This document shows positions 39,251 through 52,540 of a stretch of DNA of 64,000 nucleotides, piece by piece. Numbering within the stretch: position 1 is the stretch's first letter; each line of letters begins with the position of its first letter. The stretch covers positions 182,218,001 through 182,282,000 of the forward strand of contig NC_091472.1 of the NCBI RefSeq assembly GCF_036971445.1. Reading direction: 5' to 3'. Source of the DNA: Narcine bancroftii (lineage: Eukaryota). The notes under the pieces are model-generated. The model saw only the letters and a list, made by a program, of their open reading frames with translations, did no database searches and was not told the DNA's origin. The position numbers and the translations under genes were made by a program.

Positions 39251-40002
39251 TGGCCTCTGGAAACTATTTATTGGATGCAACTGCAGACCATTTCTACTGG
39301 ATTTCTGACAACAGACCTGGCACTGGGTAAGAGGATACTTATTTTTGAGAAAGATGGCATCATGTTCTGTTCTTACTGAATGACTGCACATGCTAACAAG
39401 TGGTAGCTCACTAGCCCCGTGGCTTGGAGTCCATGTTTAGTGTCTGGGACTGAATCCTACATAGTAAGCTGGCCATGGAGCTGTATAACCATCACATCAT
39501 TCATGGTTTTGAGCTACAGTTCCCTGACATAAGGCCAATATTAAGTTAGCCTTTTCAATTACCTTTTCTACATGTGCATCAGCTTTTAGCAACTTATGAA
39601 ATGAGCATGCAAATCTTTTGTTGCATCCATCTCTATTCAGAAACTATTAAGATGGCCAACCAGTCCTAGAATGAAAGTCTCATCCTTCCAAATGTCTTCC
39701 ACTTCTTAAGAATATGTTCCAGACTGACAGCTGGGAGTCAGTTCTTTTGGGGAACTGAGGCCCAGAACATAACCTCAGATGTTCAGACCCCACTCTGTCA
39801 AAAGACGTGCTTGTCGACTACTACAGGAGCTGGGGCTGAGGTCAGCTCTTTCAAGCTTTGGCATCACAAGATAGTAAATGGTGTGGGCAGGGACTGCAGT
39901 CAGAGTAAGGATCCCTTTCAATTTAGATCGCTGCTTTAAAATTAAACTGAATTTTATTTAACTTCTTCAGTGTGGTTGCGGGTGAATGAAGAGTATTCCA
40001 TC

Positions 40003-41389
40003 TGTTGTTTGTGGAGGAAACTGTGACCTCCATCCCTGTCTGGAATGTGTGTATCACAGGTTGTGATATGTCGTCCCCATCTGAAACTTATTCTGAAGTC
40101 ACGTCACCTATTAATCAAGGTTGGACTCCAGCCACCCCTTGATGCACACATCGCCATTGGTAATTTAAATCACCTAGGGTCATTATTGGTTAGAAGCACA
40201 GATTTACTGCAACACTCGCCAAGGCAAATAGCGCCTTTGGAAGACTACACAAAAGAGTCTGGAAAAACAACCAACTGAAAAACCTCACAAAGATAAGCGT
40301 ATACAGAGCCGTTGTCATACCCACACTCCTGTTCGGCTCCGAATCATGGGTCCTCTACCGGCACCACCTACGGCTCCTAGAACGTTTCCACCAGCGTTGT
40401 CTCCGCTCCATCCTCAACATCCATTGGAGCGCTTTCATCCCTAACGTCGAAGTACTCGAGATGGCAGAGGTCGACAGCATCGAGTCCACGCTGCTGAAGA
40501 TCCAGCTGCGCTGGATGAGTCACGTCTCCAGAATGGAGGACCATCGCCTTCCCAAGATCGTGTTATATGGCGAGCTCTCCACTGGCCACCGTGACAGAGG
40601 TGCACCAAAGAAAAGGTACAAGGACTGCCTAAAGAAATCTCTTGGTGCCTGCCACATTGACCACCGCCAGTGGGCTGATAACGCCTCAAACCGTGCATCT
40701 TGGCGCCTCACAGTTTGGCGGGCAGCAACCTCCTTTGAAGAAGACCGCAGAGCCCACCTCACTGACAAAAGGCAAAGGAGGAAAAACCCAACACCCAACC
40801 CCAACCCACCAATTTTCCCCTGCAACCGCTGCAACCGTGTCTGCCTGTCCCGCATCGGACTTGTCAGCCACAAACGAGCCTGCAGCTGACGTGGACTTTT
40901 TACCCCCTCCATAAATCTTCGTCTGCGAAGCCAAGCCAAAGAAGAAAAGAAGAATATAACACCAACGCACAGCACCTATTCTCTTTCTGCCTCGTGGTCC
41001 AAGCCCCGGATACCGCTCCATGCCAGGTTGCTACTGTGGACGTCGCTGGAAGGACCACGGGTAAAGTGTGCACTTCACTGAAGCTGAGCCATAGTATTGC
41101 GATAGATTAATATTTGCAATAGAGCCGCACCCCCATTGATCAGGGAAGCTGGAGTGTGTGTAAGAGTCCCTGTTTATAGTGTGTGAGCGATGTCAAATAT
41201 AGGTTTATCATTGTTGGAGTCTAACTGATGTCTGAGGTGAACTTCTGCATTGTCGCTTATGTGAATTGTAATTGTTACCATTTCACGTTCTCCCCTGTTT
41301 GTTTCCTGTGTGCTAATAAAAGTTACATATGATTGTGACACTTGTGCCCAGACTGTGAACCCATTGAACCTGATACTCCTAATTCAACA
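40003..41389 (+). mobile_element. Solo LTR (about 650 bp net) interrupted by an RTE
   Basis: TGTTG...CAACA termini, flanks CCATC/GCATC (4 of 5 match), AATAAA at about 41315. Confidence 0.65.
40214..40952 (+). mobile_element. Young RTE/BovB-type 3' fragment
   Basis: Near-identical to 36410-37145; (GAA)-type tail. Confidence 0.97.
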
Positions 41390-42404
41390 GCATCACACCA
41401 CTCTATTGTGTTTTGTGTGTGAATGGTGAAGGCTTTGGGGAGTATAGAGTTAAGTCACAAATCTGGTTGGTCCAGTTAAAAGCCAGTGGTGATGGCTCCC
41501 AGGATCATGGCGATGAGATGTCTGTAAAAGGTGATGCCACTGAATATCAATGGTTAAACTGTCTCATGGGAGAGAATAATGGTCCAGTACGTGTGCTGCA
41601 TGAATGTTATGAGCCACCACATGCCTGAATGTCGACCAGGTCATGCTAAATAAGGGCATGAGCTATTTCACAACCATTGCTTGCAAAGGAAACTTGAGTA
41701 TTATGTAATCATCTGCAAACTTCTCCCCACGTATTAACTCGTAGCAAAAGTCTATTGTTCACATAATCTACTCTGACAGGTTACCCCATTTCTTTCATAT
41801 ATTTTAGACCAATTTCCCTGAATGCAGCTGTGGCAGGCACCTGAAGTGAGTTGCGCCTGGGATATTATATGTAGAAATTGTCCATTACAGCAGACATATG
41901 CATTATGGAGAATAGGAGTTCACTCTCCTTTTAATGCCTTGAGATGGATCAAACACACCGGGAGCAAGAGGGAAAAGCAATAAAGATTATTATTGGCAGA
42001 AAACTAATCCTGGACTGTCTGCAGGAGTGCTCTGGATTCCTGTTGCTTGGAAAGGTAAAAGATCTGCCTCAGTGTTCTGTATAAGATGTCGTACCAAGTA
42101 AGAGGAGTTTCTTCCAGCATTCTTGTTCCTCCCGATGATTTTCATGTTCACTCCCTGGATCCAGTGTTCCTGCTTAATATTGACTTCCCTGGTTTCTGCT
42201 CGTCCACACCCCATTTGTCGAATCCTGAGGTCAAATAAAGTCAACACTCTGAGGTTGAGTTCAAGTATGCTCAGTCTTTATTCCACCATTACTGTTTTTT
42301 TTACTCCCTCATGGTCCTGTGCAACATGCCAGTCATTACAATCGATAACCAATCTATATTATCCTGCAAGGCATTATAGTCGCTAACTGAACTATTATCT
42401 ATCA

Positions 42405-42735
42405 CTACGACACCATTCTCCTTCTCTTCCCCATCTCTGTCTTTTTTGCCCTCCAGCTCTCCATTACCTCCCTCTCCATTCACAGAGCCATTCCCCCTCC
42501 CCCTGTTTGCTGGTGTGCCCTCCCTCTCTTATTCACCTGTGGGACTGTGCTCCTCCACCATTTTGTTTGGGCTCCTTCCTACATTTTGCTCATACCTTGA
42601 TGAAGGGCTCAAGCCTGAAAGGTGGGTAATGTCTCTTTGTCTTTGCCATCTAAAGGGGGCTGTTTGACCTGCTGAGTTTCTCCAGTGTGGTGTTTTTACT
42701 TCAATCATGGCGTCTGCAAAATTTTGTGTTTTACT
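42405..42735 (+). mobile_element. Penelope 3' UTR and terminal repeat
   Basis: Pyrimidine-rich UTR, hammerhead-like motif at 42592-42630, GACCTGCTGAGTTTCTCCAG; homologous to 53040-53370. Confidence 0.8.
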
Positions 42736-43622
42736 TTCTCCGGTTTATCCCATCAGGCAGGACAGAATGACACCAGCAAAGCGAGAAAGGCAAATGGGTC
42801 CCTGGCTTGATGAGGTAAGTTGAGGAGTTTAAAGGCAATGTGATAACCTGTATTAAGCAGGGAAATGTCCAAAGCTGCTGGTGTCCCCATCCCGGGCTGG
42901 ATTAAGTTAGTGTGGGGCCTGTAGCAAATGTTATAAAGGGGCCCTAAATTTAAAAAAACACATAAATATTTTACTCGCATGAAGTAATTAATTTTTTTCA
43001 TTTGCTATACACCTGCTAACCTGTTGCTCTACTACAAGGTCATCCACTTTACATCTCCTGCTGCATGCATCTAAATGCAAAACCTTTAGCCCTGTATTTG
43101 TTTATTTTCTTGACTCTGTTGCATTGCAACTCATCCCCAAGGCTGTTAATTGCCTTTTCTGCCTGTCTTCCCACAAAAGGTCACCTCCCGGGCCAGTGTA
43201 GCGCTGACCGGCTGGCGGCAGCCCTTTGCACGGGTGGGACAGCAAGACTGTGGCAGCATTACTTTTCATGGAGCTCGCCCACATTCCATCCCTGCTCCAC
43301 ACTACTCAGGAAGCTGCTGCTCATTCAGTCAGATGGCAGGAAGTGCCGTCTACCCTTACGGCCAGGGCTGCTGCAACCCTCTATCTCCCAACATCAGGCA
43401 AGAGGCAAATTAGTCTGGAATTCACTGCCTGGGAGAATGGTGAGGGCTATGCGGGGAGATGGAACTTTATATTTCCTTTATAAACTAGGCTGTTTGACCT
43501 GCTGAGTTTCTCCAGCATTGTGTTCCAACTTGTAAACCTTTGTTGGAGCAATACGCAGAGTAGACCCATTGGGCGTCTGTGCTATAACACTCGGGGATGA
43601 ATCTGCCTACAGTATTGGAGCA

Positions 43623-43945
43623 AAGCACAAAAGTCTCCAGACATCGTGATTGAAGTAAGAGCACAATGCTGGAGAAACACAGCAGGACAAATAGTGTACT
43701 CTACGTAACAAATATAGATACATAACCAACGTTTCGAGCTTGAGCCCTTCATCAAGGTATGATCAAGGGCTCAAGCCCAAAGTGTTGGTTATTTATCTTT
43801 ATCTTTGCTATATAAAGTACACTGTTTGACTTAAAACACAGTGACACCTTGATTGAAGTAAAACACAATGTAAAAACTTCAATCACAGTGTGTGCAGACT
43901 TTTGTGTTTTTGACCTGCTGAGTTTCCCCAGCTTTGTGTTCTTAC
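43623..43945. mobile_element. Head-to-head inverted Penelope terminal repeats
   Basis: 43623-43760 is the reverse complement of the unit that restarts on the plus strand at about 43760. Confidence 0.85.
43722..43760 (-). ncRNA. Minimal hammerhead-ribozyme-like motif (Penelope type)
   Basis: ATACC-TTGATGA-A-GGGC-TCAA-GCTC-GAAAC-GTT-GGTTAT: core boxes, stem II, palindromic AACGTT, stem I; U in place of C3. Confidence 0.6.
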
Positions 43946-44696
43946 TGCCTTCAGTACTGTATGTGTCCCACACAGAACACATTTTTGTTTGTGTGCAACA
44001 CTACATCATGGCATTACCCTCAGATGAAACGCTAATATTCAGAATCAATTCCCTAGGTTGTGTTGCCTTGAACTTTGTAAGTTAGATGGACCTTGAGACT
44101 CAGTAGCGATTCACACTTTGCATCACCTTCAGACTAATTACATTTCAGAGTTGATCCTTCGTTTTGCTTTGAAATATCTGATTAAACTTTCCTTTCAACC
44201 TTCACGTGTTGTTCTGGGTGACATTTAGACTGGTTGAGAAGCAGATTTACCCCTGAGGCCAAGTACTGTTCATGTACTTCACGGCGACAATTGACATTAA
44301 TAGTTCTAGCGCAAAAAAAAATGCCCTTCGATCATAAGAAATGTAGAACGTATGTCGGGCTTATTAACACAATCAAGGTGTGCAACGAAGTTGGGGATAT
44401 ACAACAAAAGCTTGCAAGCTTTTAGAGCGGGGCCCTTGAAAATGCGGGGCTCGTAGCATATGCTGCTTTTGCTACTAGGTTAATCCAGCTCTGTGCCCAT
44501 CACAGAGGTGCAGCATGACAAGAAGCTCACTGCCCTCATCAGATGTGGCAAGGTGCTTGTGCTTCTCAGCAAGGAGAAGGCGATTGTTGTGTGGCTCACA
44601 GCTCAGTCTGTTCTGACCTTTTCATCCCACCCCGTTGGCAGGTCCCAAATTCCTACAACTCTGGTTCTCCTTTCATCACTTTAAATTTATCTTTTT

Positions 44697-45137
44697 TAAA
44701 TTTAGACAAAAGCACGGCATCAGGCCATTTTGGCCCACGAGCCCGTGCCGCACAATTTACACCAAAATTAATTTACACCCCCGGTACGTTTCTGACGGTG
44801 GGAGGAAACCAGAGTCCCTGGGGAAAATCCACGCAGACACAAACTCCACACGGACAGCGTGAGATTCAAACTCCCGTCCTGATCGCCTGCGCCGACCACT
44901 ACACCCACCGTGCTGCTTTGGTTGACGTAGCATTCGGTGCAACACTGTTACACAACTGGGATTTGAACCCCGCGCTGTCTGGTACGTTCTCCCCGTGTCT
45001 GCACTGGTTTTCCCTGGAGGCTCCGGTTTCCTCCCACCCTTCAAAACAATGTACTGGGGTAGGTCAATTAGGTGTAATTGGACAGCATGCGCTTGTGGGC
45101 CAAAAGGGCCTGTTGCTGTGCTGCATGTCTAAATTTT
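44697..45137. mobile_element. Two HE1-like SINEs head-to-head (minus 44697-44916, plus 44919-45137)
   Basis: GGGAGGAAACC versus GGTTTCCTCCC cores; tails AAATTTAGACA and TGTCTAAATTT point outward. Confidence 0.85.
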
Positions 45138-46059
45138 AAAGAAAATTAAATATAAGTAGCAGTGATAGAACACACAATAGGAATCTTTATCCCCATTGTA
45201 ACAATGTCACCAGCTAGAGAGCATGTGTTGTAAGTCTGGGGAGAAAGTTTAAAGGGGATGTGTGAGGCACTTTTTTTACATGGAGTGAGATGTTTCCTTT
45301 ATTACAATAAAGAAACGTTGGCTCTTTTTAAAACAACAGAACTTGCACATGCAGACCTCATGGGAAAGCATCCATCTTGAATCTCTGAAAGATGCCACAG
45401 CATTCGCAAGATGCAACATTTCCCAGATGCTACACCCTCCGTCTCCAATTCTTCCTAGAGGTAGCACTCTATCACTACAGTAGGTATCTGCAACGGACTG
45501 CCAGCGACAATGGTGGAAGTGGATATAATAACAGCATTTAACAGGCTTCTAGATAAATAATTGAATATAGGGAATAGGTGCAGATGTGCTATGTGCAAGC
45601 GGCAGACTGTTCGTTTAATTTGGGCATCACATTTGACACAGACATTGAGTGCCAAAGGCCAAGGGCCTATTCCTGCGCTGTACTCTCGTGTGATAAAATG
45701 GTGCAGATGCAAAGGCTCAGTAGATTGAACAACATAGTTAGCTCCTTCCAAAATGGCTTTTCTAATGATGATTTTCACTCCATTATAACCATAATCCTTT
45801 TCTTGTTTCTTATTGGAGAAGGCAGGCTGTGATTAAAAAGAGGCTGCGCTTTACCACAAGAGACCCGTGGGACAACATTTGCTTTGAAGAATGCATGTCT
45901 TCTTCAGCAGGAGATGATGAGGCAGGACGTTAAGATCTGGTAAGGGTTTTATATTCCAAGGCTCCCTGCAGAGAAATGGAGAATAATCAGATAGTCTTTA
46001 CAGCAACATGCAGAATTCATGCTTGTGACATGGAGAGAATATCACTGTGACTTGTTTTT

Positions 46060-46690
46060 GATTTTTAGATTTATAATCAGTGTACATACATCACATCACA
46101 ACCTGAGATTCTTTTTTCCCTGTGGGCGAGGCAGAATTACTACTTACTGGTAGTGCAAAAAAAATTGGACTCAACATACACATGTAAACAAGTAAAGAAA
46201 TGTAAATAAACTGACTGCAATAGAGAGAGAAGAAAAATCAATGAAGTACAGCAGTAAATAGTCCTTAAATGAGTCCCTGATTGAGTTTGTTGTTGAGGAG
46301 TCTGATGGTGGAGGGGTAGCAGCTGTTCCTGAACCTGGAAGTGCAAGTCTTAAGGCACCTATATTGCTTTCCTGATGGCAGCAGTGAGAGCAGAGCATGT
46401 GCTTGGTGGTGTGGATCCTGCTGCTCTCCGACAGCAGCATTCCCTGCAGATGTTCTCAATGGTAGGGAAGGTTTTTTTTTCTGTGATGTCCTGGCATGTG
46501 TCCACTACCTTTTGCAGGGCTTTATGCTCAGACATATTCATGTCCCCATTCCAGACCATAATGTAGCTTGTCAGTACACCTTCTGTAGAAATTTGCCAGG
46601 ATTTTTGATGTCATACCAAACCTCCATAAGCTCCTGAGGAAGTAGAGGTGCTGACGTACTTTCTTCACGATGCCATTAGTGTGTTTTATG
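46060..46690 (-). mobile_element. Rex1/Babar 3' portion
   Basis: LLSLLPSGKQYR...TSRFRNSCYPSTIRLLN; homologous to 38630-39230. Confidence 0.88.
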
Positions 46691-47399
46691 TCACTGCATC
46701 GTTGATCATCTCAGGCTTTGAGAGCCAGCTCTCTAGGTGGCAAGCCCTGGAGAAGTAATAACCAAGTTGCCCAAATCCGCCTTGCAAGTTTTAGACAGGA
46801 GACAGAGAAAGGGATCTCTTCATGAGGGGGGTAAAATTGCACCCTTTCCCAGGTGTCAAGGTCAGGAAACCTCAGTGTTCATTGTGCGGTTTTTAGTAGG
46901 AAAATGTTTCTTCCCAAGCAGGGCAGGGTGCAGGGAACCATTTGTGGATTTGTGAAGAATCCCCAAACAGATGGCTACCAACGCAGAGGAATGCTGCAGT
47001 TGCAGGAACCAGGGGCTGAGGGTCACCTTGCAGAGCCTGCAGACATCCTTGGGAAGTGTGGCAGTACCAGGACCATCTGTCACACTGCATCCCCACCAGG
47101 AAAGGCAGACCGAACAGCTGTCCTCCCGGCCTGCAGTTGCAGTGTCTCTGCATCGTCCTGTATGGCGATGATAGTTAGAAACATAAGAATAAAAACATGT
47201 CAGGATATCCTTCAGTCCTTATAGGCCATGGAATACCCATTACTGTTGCACTCCAATCATCGCTACAGCTTGTTTGCACTCAGCAAGATTCCACATCAAT
47301 GAAATAATAACAAGATCATCTCTTTTCAAGAGTGTATTGAGAACTTAATGTTGCCTTGATCGAAGAATGCACTCAAATCAGCAAAACATTGAAGACTAT

Positions 47400-48405
47400 T
47401 GTGACAGATTACAGATATGTTTTTGTGAGATAATTTGGGGCAAGTTTTTTAGTGCAGGTCACATGCAAGCACTTCAAAACAGATCTCATTTAAAATACTG
47501 GAGATCTGCTCAACCCAGACAGGCCAGCTCCAAGAGCCTTTGCATTAGCTTCACTAATGAATTGTTGTTTTGAAAAGCAACAGATGAAAGAACTCGGAGG
47601 AGCAGTTCTGAGCTGCGGGCTGTCTAGAGTGCAGCTTGCTGTTCTAAGAGGGTCATGTGGTTTTGCAAGCAGAGAGGGAGTCAAACAGGCTTTTCTCTGA
47701 GAGAGAGAGACAGAGAGACAGAGAGAATTCAGTTCTGGAGTTTTACAGTCAGCAGTAACAGCTGGGACTGGAACAGGACAAGCTTGTGGAAACCCCATTT
47801 GGAACATGGGTTGTCAGTGCTTAGTTCAGCCTGGTCAAAGCCCTTGTGGTTCATACAAGAGGAGAGGACTGACTGCCTAATGTTTCACTTGCAATATGAG
47901 AAACAAAAAGGAACTCTGTGGTGACCTGAAAGAAAGAGGTTATCATCTAGAAAAGCCTGATGGGGCACATTTCTTCGGCAAGACGCTGACGTGGCTGATT
48001 AAAAGGAATCAGTTGTGATATCCAGCAAGCCACAAATCTCTCTCTGAAAACCGACAAGAACCTTCCTGAGCGGTAACCATTTGCCTTTCAAGCACAAAAG
48101 CTTGGTGAACTTCATAAATGTTAAATTCTGTGCACAGTATAAGAATTGCCTGATACCAGTGAACTTTGAGGAATGAGAAGTGAGATTGGACTGTGAATCA
48201 AAGAAATTTTCTGAACTTACACACATTACATACACATGCACTTAGAATTCGAAGGGGGTTAAGTTAGGCTAAGTTAATAGTGATGTTAAAGTTTGATCCT
48301 GTTTTCATGTTTAAAGATAATTAAAAGCAACCTTTGTTTAGGTAATCATTTGTCTTGGTGAATATCTATTGCTACTGGGTTTTGGGGTCCTCTGGGCTCG
48401 TAACA
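47400..48405 (+). mobile_element. Solo LTR family A copy 3
   Basis: TGTGAC...GTAACA; 4-bp TSD CTAT. Confidence 0.92.
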
Positions 48406-49374
48406 CTATGGATGTAATGCAGATAAATGGAATTAGTGTAGATAAGTTCAATGGGAGATCTGGATATTGTGGGTAGAAGAGCCTGTTACTGTTCTGTATG
48501 ACTCCATGACTCCTTGACTCTACTATGCCACAATTATTAAAGTACATGTAGGTTACTTAGAAGAAAAATATTACTCTGTGGAATTTGGAGTTCTCTTCTA
48601 CAGATACCTGTTTAATACTTAGAGCTTCCAAAACTAAAATCAATAGATTATTGTTAGAGGAAGACAGCAAGAGAAATGGATCAAGATGAATAAATGGAGC
48701 AGAGGTTCATATCAGACATAATCTAATTGAAGGATTGGATTGGATTGAGGACCTAAACAGGCAATGCTCCTATTTCCCAGAATACTGGAGCTCTTCCTTC
48801 ACACCGCCCTGAACCATCAGGCTCCGATATTGTCCTTAAATCTGGAGTGTTTTGACTCTGAGCCAAGGGAGCCCACCACCATCATCCCTGGATTGCCAGA
48901 TTTCATTTAAATTTCATTGTAGAAAATTCCATCTCTTTCCTCATGGTAAGATAGAGAAGATATTTGCAAATGGCATGAGGATTTGTACTGATAATTATGG
49001 AAATAAGTGGATTCAACTTTGAAGAATGATGGAAATATAAAATCAGATGGTCTTTGGGTGAAAATTCTTCTTTCCAAGTCACAATTCTCCAAGTTGCAAA
49101 TAGAGATCATGCCTCCAGTTCCAAGGAGTTCACAGAGAGCCACACATTGGCTTCAGTGGAAGATTTAAAGGGACATTCAGTGTTTAATCTCCAGCCACCA
49201 TCATGAAAGAGAACATGGAAACATCATTGGGAAGAGAAGAGAGACTCATGAATAAATGCCATACTATGGCACAAGTGGAAATTGTTCACATATGTATATT
49301 TATTTATTGTTTAACTGTCCATGAACAAAAAGCACAAATCAAAATGTACTCGGTGAATGTTTGGGGATAGTATT

Positions 49375-50205
49375 AAATTCAAGTTTATTGTCATCTGATT
49401 GTACATGTACAACCCGACAAAAAAAACAGTGTCTCTCCACACCATGATGCACGCACAAAAGCACACAATACACAACACATAATAATCGCATAAATAATCA
49501 AAATAAACATGTATAGATATTTGGAATGATTGTCATAATTACAAGACACTGTCTTATCAGTTTCACAGCCTGTGATGCAAGCTATTCCCCAGCCTGGCGG
49601 TCCTGATTTTGATGCTTCTGTACCTTTTATTTGATGGCAGTAGCCTGAAGCTACTGCGCGCTGGATGGAAAGGTCTTCTATAATTCTTTGAGCCCTGTTT
49701 AAATAGTGCTCCCAGTAAATGTCATCTACAGAGGAAAGGGAGACCTCAGTGATCATCCCAGCTGTTTAAATGATCCTCTGTGTAGACTTCTAGTCTGGTG
49801 CTTTACATATTGACAAAGTCAAATAGAACAGTCTCAATTGTGCTCCCTGCAAAACTGGTTGTCAAGCCTTGCCCTCCTCAGCCAACTTAGGAAGTGTAGC
49901 TGTACCTTCCTGACTATGAGGAGATATTTTGAGTCCAAAATAGATTGTCCCTTATAAGCACGTCAATGCTCTCCACGATGGAACTGTTGATATGGAGTGG
50001 AGAATGGTCAACCATAGTCCACAATCATCTCCTTTGTCTTGTCCATGTTGAGACTCAGGTTGCTGTTCTCACATCATTTTACAAGCCTTTTAACCTCATC
50101 ATTATTGCTGCTGAGGCCAACTACTGTTGTATCATCTGCAAATATGACAATTCTATTGGAACTGAATCTGGCAGTGCAGTAGCAAGTCAGCATCATGAAC
50201 AGTGA
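49375..50205 (-). mobile_element. Rex1/Babar remnant, second subfamily
   Basis: Minus strand reads FADDTTVVGL (~50115-50145) and LSLNMDKTKEMIVD; TTTATTGTCATCTGATTG tail. Confidence 0.75.
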
Positions 50206-50994
50206 GGTTAGAAGGATGGCAGGATTATCTTTGTATTGCCTGCTTAGAAAGATGTTGATGGATCTCTGCCAGATTGATGGAGACTCTGGAGACAGTCACC
50301 AAGATCATTGTCAACAACCGACAATAGAGATTATAAGTCATTAGTTCTCCTTTCACTCCAAATAACAGCAGCCATTGTGCAAAACCTTGAGTTGGATCAC
50401 GCCCAATCCAGTCCCCCAGTGGGACCTGGTGACCATGATCTGCCCACAGCCATATGTTTCAGTGCAGGATTTGGAAGACCTGAATGGCATCTGGGCTTCG
50501 ACCACTGACGGCCCGCTGGAAAAGAGCGTTTAAATCTCTCTGACTGTCAGAGAGATACTGAAGCATGAAAAAGTAAAATATATTAAAGTCTTAATTTATT
50601 AACCTGAAAAATAAGTGCAAAATAAAGAATAATTAACCTTCCCTTTGCTCTCTTATCCATCGGATTATGATTTTTATTGGAATCACTGGAAACCTATGTC
50701 AGATCTGAACTTTTGCCAACACCAGCATGAACAGCCTGATCCAACTGGTCGGTCCTTTAGTGAAAATCAGGGTCAGCGTGTTCCGCATTCATCTCTATCA
50801 TTGTTAAACTTAGATTTGTTCAATAGGACAGAGTATTTTAAGAAGGTATACGGCCATTCTTTGGGAGGCTCACAGGATGCCCTTGAATTCCATGCTGAGT
50901 GATTGAAAGGCTTGAATTCCTTTCTTTTTCAATCTTTTTATTGGTTTTAACATACACAGATTACACGAGTATAATGTTAAAGTAATATCAAATT

Positions 50995-51136
50995 NNNNNN
51001 NNNNNNNNNNNNNNNNNNNNNNNNNNNNNNNNNNNNNNNNNNNNNNNNNNNNNNNNNNNNNNNNNNNNNNNNNNNNNNNNNNNNNNNNNNNNNNNNNNNN
51101 NNNNNNNNNNNNNNNNNNNNNNNNNNNNNNNNNNNN
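50995..51136. other. Assembly gap (142 N)
   Basis: Direct read. Confidence 1.
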
Positions 51137-52244
51137 ATTAGGGCTGGAAAGGCTGCTTCTATACTGTTCAAGTGCCCACCGTTTTTTTGGTCATTGACTG
51201 AGTCATCCATATGAATAACAATAGCGGGTGGGAACATCCATGCATGTGAATACCCTTCTTTCCCAGCCTGTTTCTGCTGAGTTAGCTGCGCAGCTTGACC
51301 AACACCATTTTAGGGCTGTTGGTCTGATTCTGCACCAGCTTCTACCCTGCCGGTTCGTTGTCCTGGGAGTCACTTTAGCGATTTCTGTCCACGTCTGCTG
51401 CTGCGCGATGTGTTGGCCCGATCTCTGCAATTGCAGGCCGCCACAAAGTTATAAATATCAGTAACAGTGAACAAGGTACATATGAACCCGTGTTATTAAA
51501 ATGAAAGGGAAAAAAATCATATTGCTAATCTACAAATCTAGCCCCACCCTATGAGGGCTGCTGGCCAAGTTAAGGAGTCCACTGCTAATAATAGTATTAA
51601 CAATAGGCTCGAGAGAGAAAAAATAATAATTAATATATATATGTTTTGAAATAATTGAAAAAATAACCCCAAAGAGAAAGAAAGTTAAAATCCATTGCAG
51701 TAGTCAAAAACCTATTTTTTTTCTAGAGACAGACATGCCATCACATCCGACAACCGTTGAGTATGAGAGGGAGGGACAGCAACTTTTCATCCCAGCAAAT
51801 TGGCCCTTCCAGCAATGAGGGAAGCAAAAGCCACTACATAGGATTGAGAAAAAGTCAATGTTAAATCCGTTGGCCCACTCACTCCAAAGATAGCTAAGTT
51901 AATAGAATGGCTGAGACATTTTTGCATCAAGAAGAAAGCCATACAGGAAATTCTAGTTTTGTTTCATATGTTGAGAATCATGGAAAGTTAACACAAAATT
52001 GATGGAGCCTGTTCCACTCATCTTATCCAAAACAGATGGCTGAGTCCAATCACAGTATCTGCTAGCTTTGTGACCCCATGGATCTTGATTCTCCAAGCAT
52101 ATTTGAGACAGGTTGAGGGTTTCTTCTCCATACCCATGCACCTGGTGGTGCAGCTAGTAGAGTTCCATTAATTCAGATCCAATCTTGACCATACTTTCTT
52201 CCTGTAAATGTGTGTTTAAATTGTAAATTACATTTAATTTTTTT

Positions 52245-52540
52245 TTAATTTTAATTTTAAATTTAGACATAAAGCAAGATAACAGGTCATTTCAGCCCAC
52301 GAATCCGTGATGCCCAATTTATGCCTAATTAATCTACAGGCCACCCACCCCCACCCCCCCCCCCCCCCACCGCCCAGTACATTTTGAATAATGGGAGGAA
52401 ACCGGAGCCCCTGGGGAAAACCCACGCAGACACAGGGAGAATGTACAAACTCCTAACAGACAATGTGGGTTTCGAACCCCGCCCTCGACTACTGGAGCTG
52501 TAAAGGCGTTGCGTTAACCGCTACGCCAACCATGCCACCC
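52245..52540 (-). mobile_element. HE1-like SINE
   Basis: GGGTTTCGAACCCC B-box, core and (TTTAAT)n tail. Confidence 0.85.

Larger units (their letters stand above)
42892..44493. mobile_element. Non-autonomous hAT-type element containing nested Penelope ends
   Basis: Terminal inverted repeats CCGGGCTGGATTAA / TTAATCCAGCTCTG; 8-bp flanks TCCCCATC / TGCCCATC (7 of 8 match); subterminal GGGGCCC motifs. Confidence 0.75.

Noticed and set aside
45908-45939. Possible micro-exon (TCTTCTTCAG/CAG ... CTG|GTAAGG)
   Set aside because: Splice-like signals only; no recognisable peptide or partner exons. It needs RNA-seq support.
46690-47170. Cys-rich stretch, perhaps a Tx1-type ORF1 zinc-knuckle relic
   Set aside because: Too degenerate to assign by eye.
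50900-51960. L1-like pieces and a CpG-retaining block around the N gap
   Set aside because: Continuity across the assembly gap cannot be judged and the motifs are weak.
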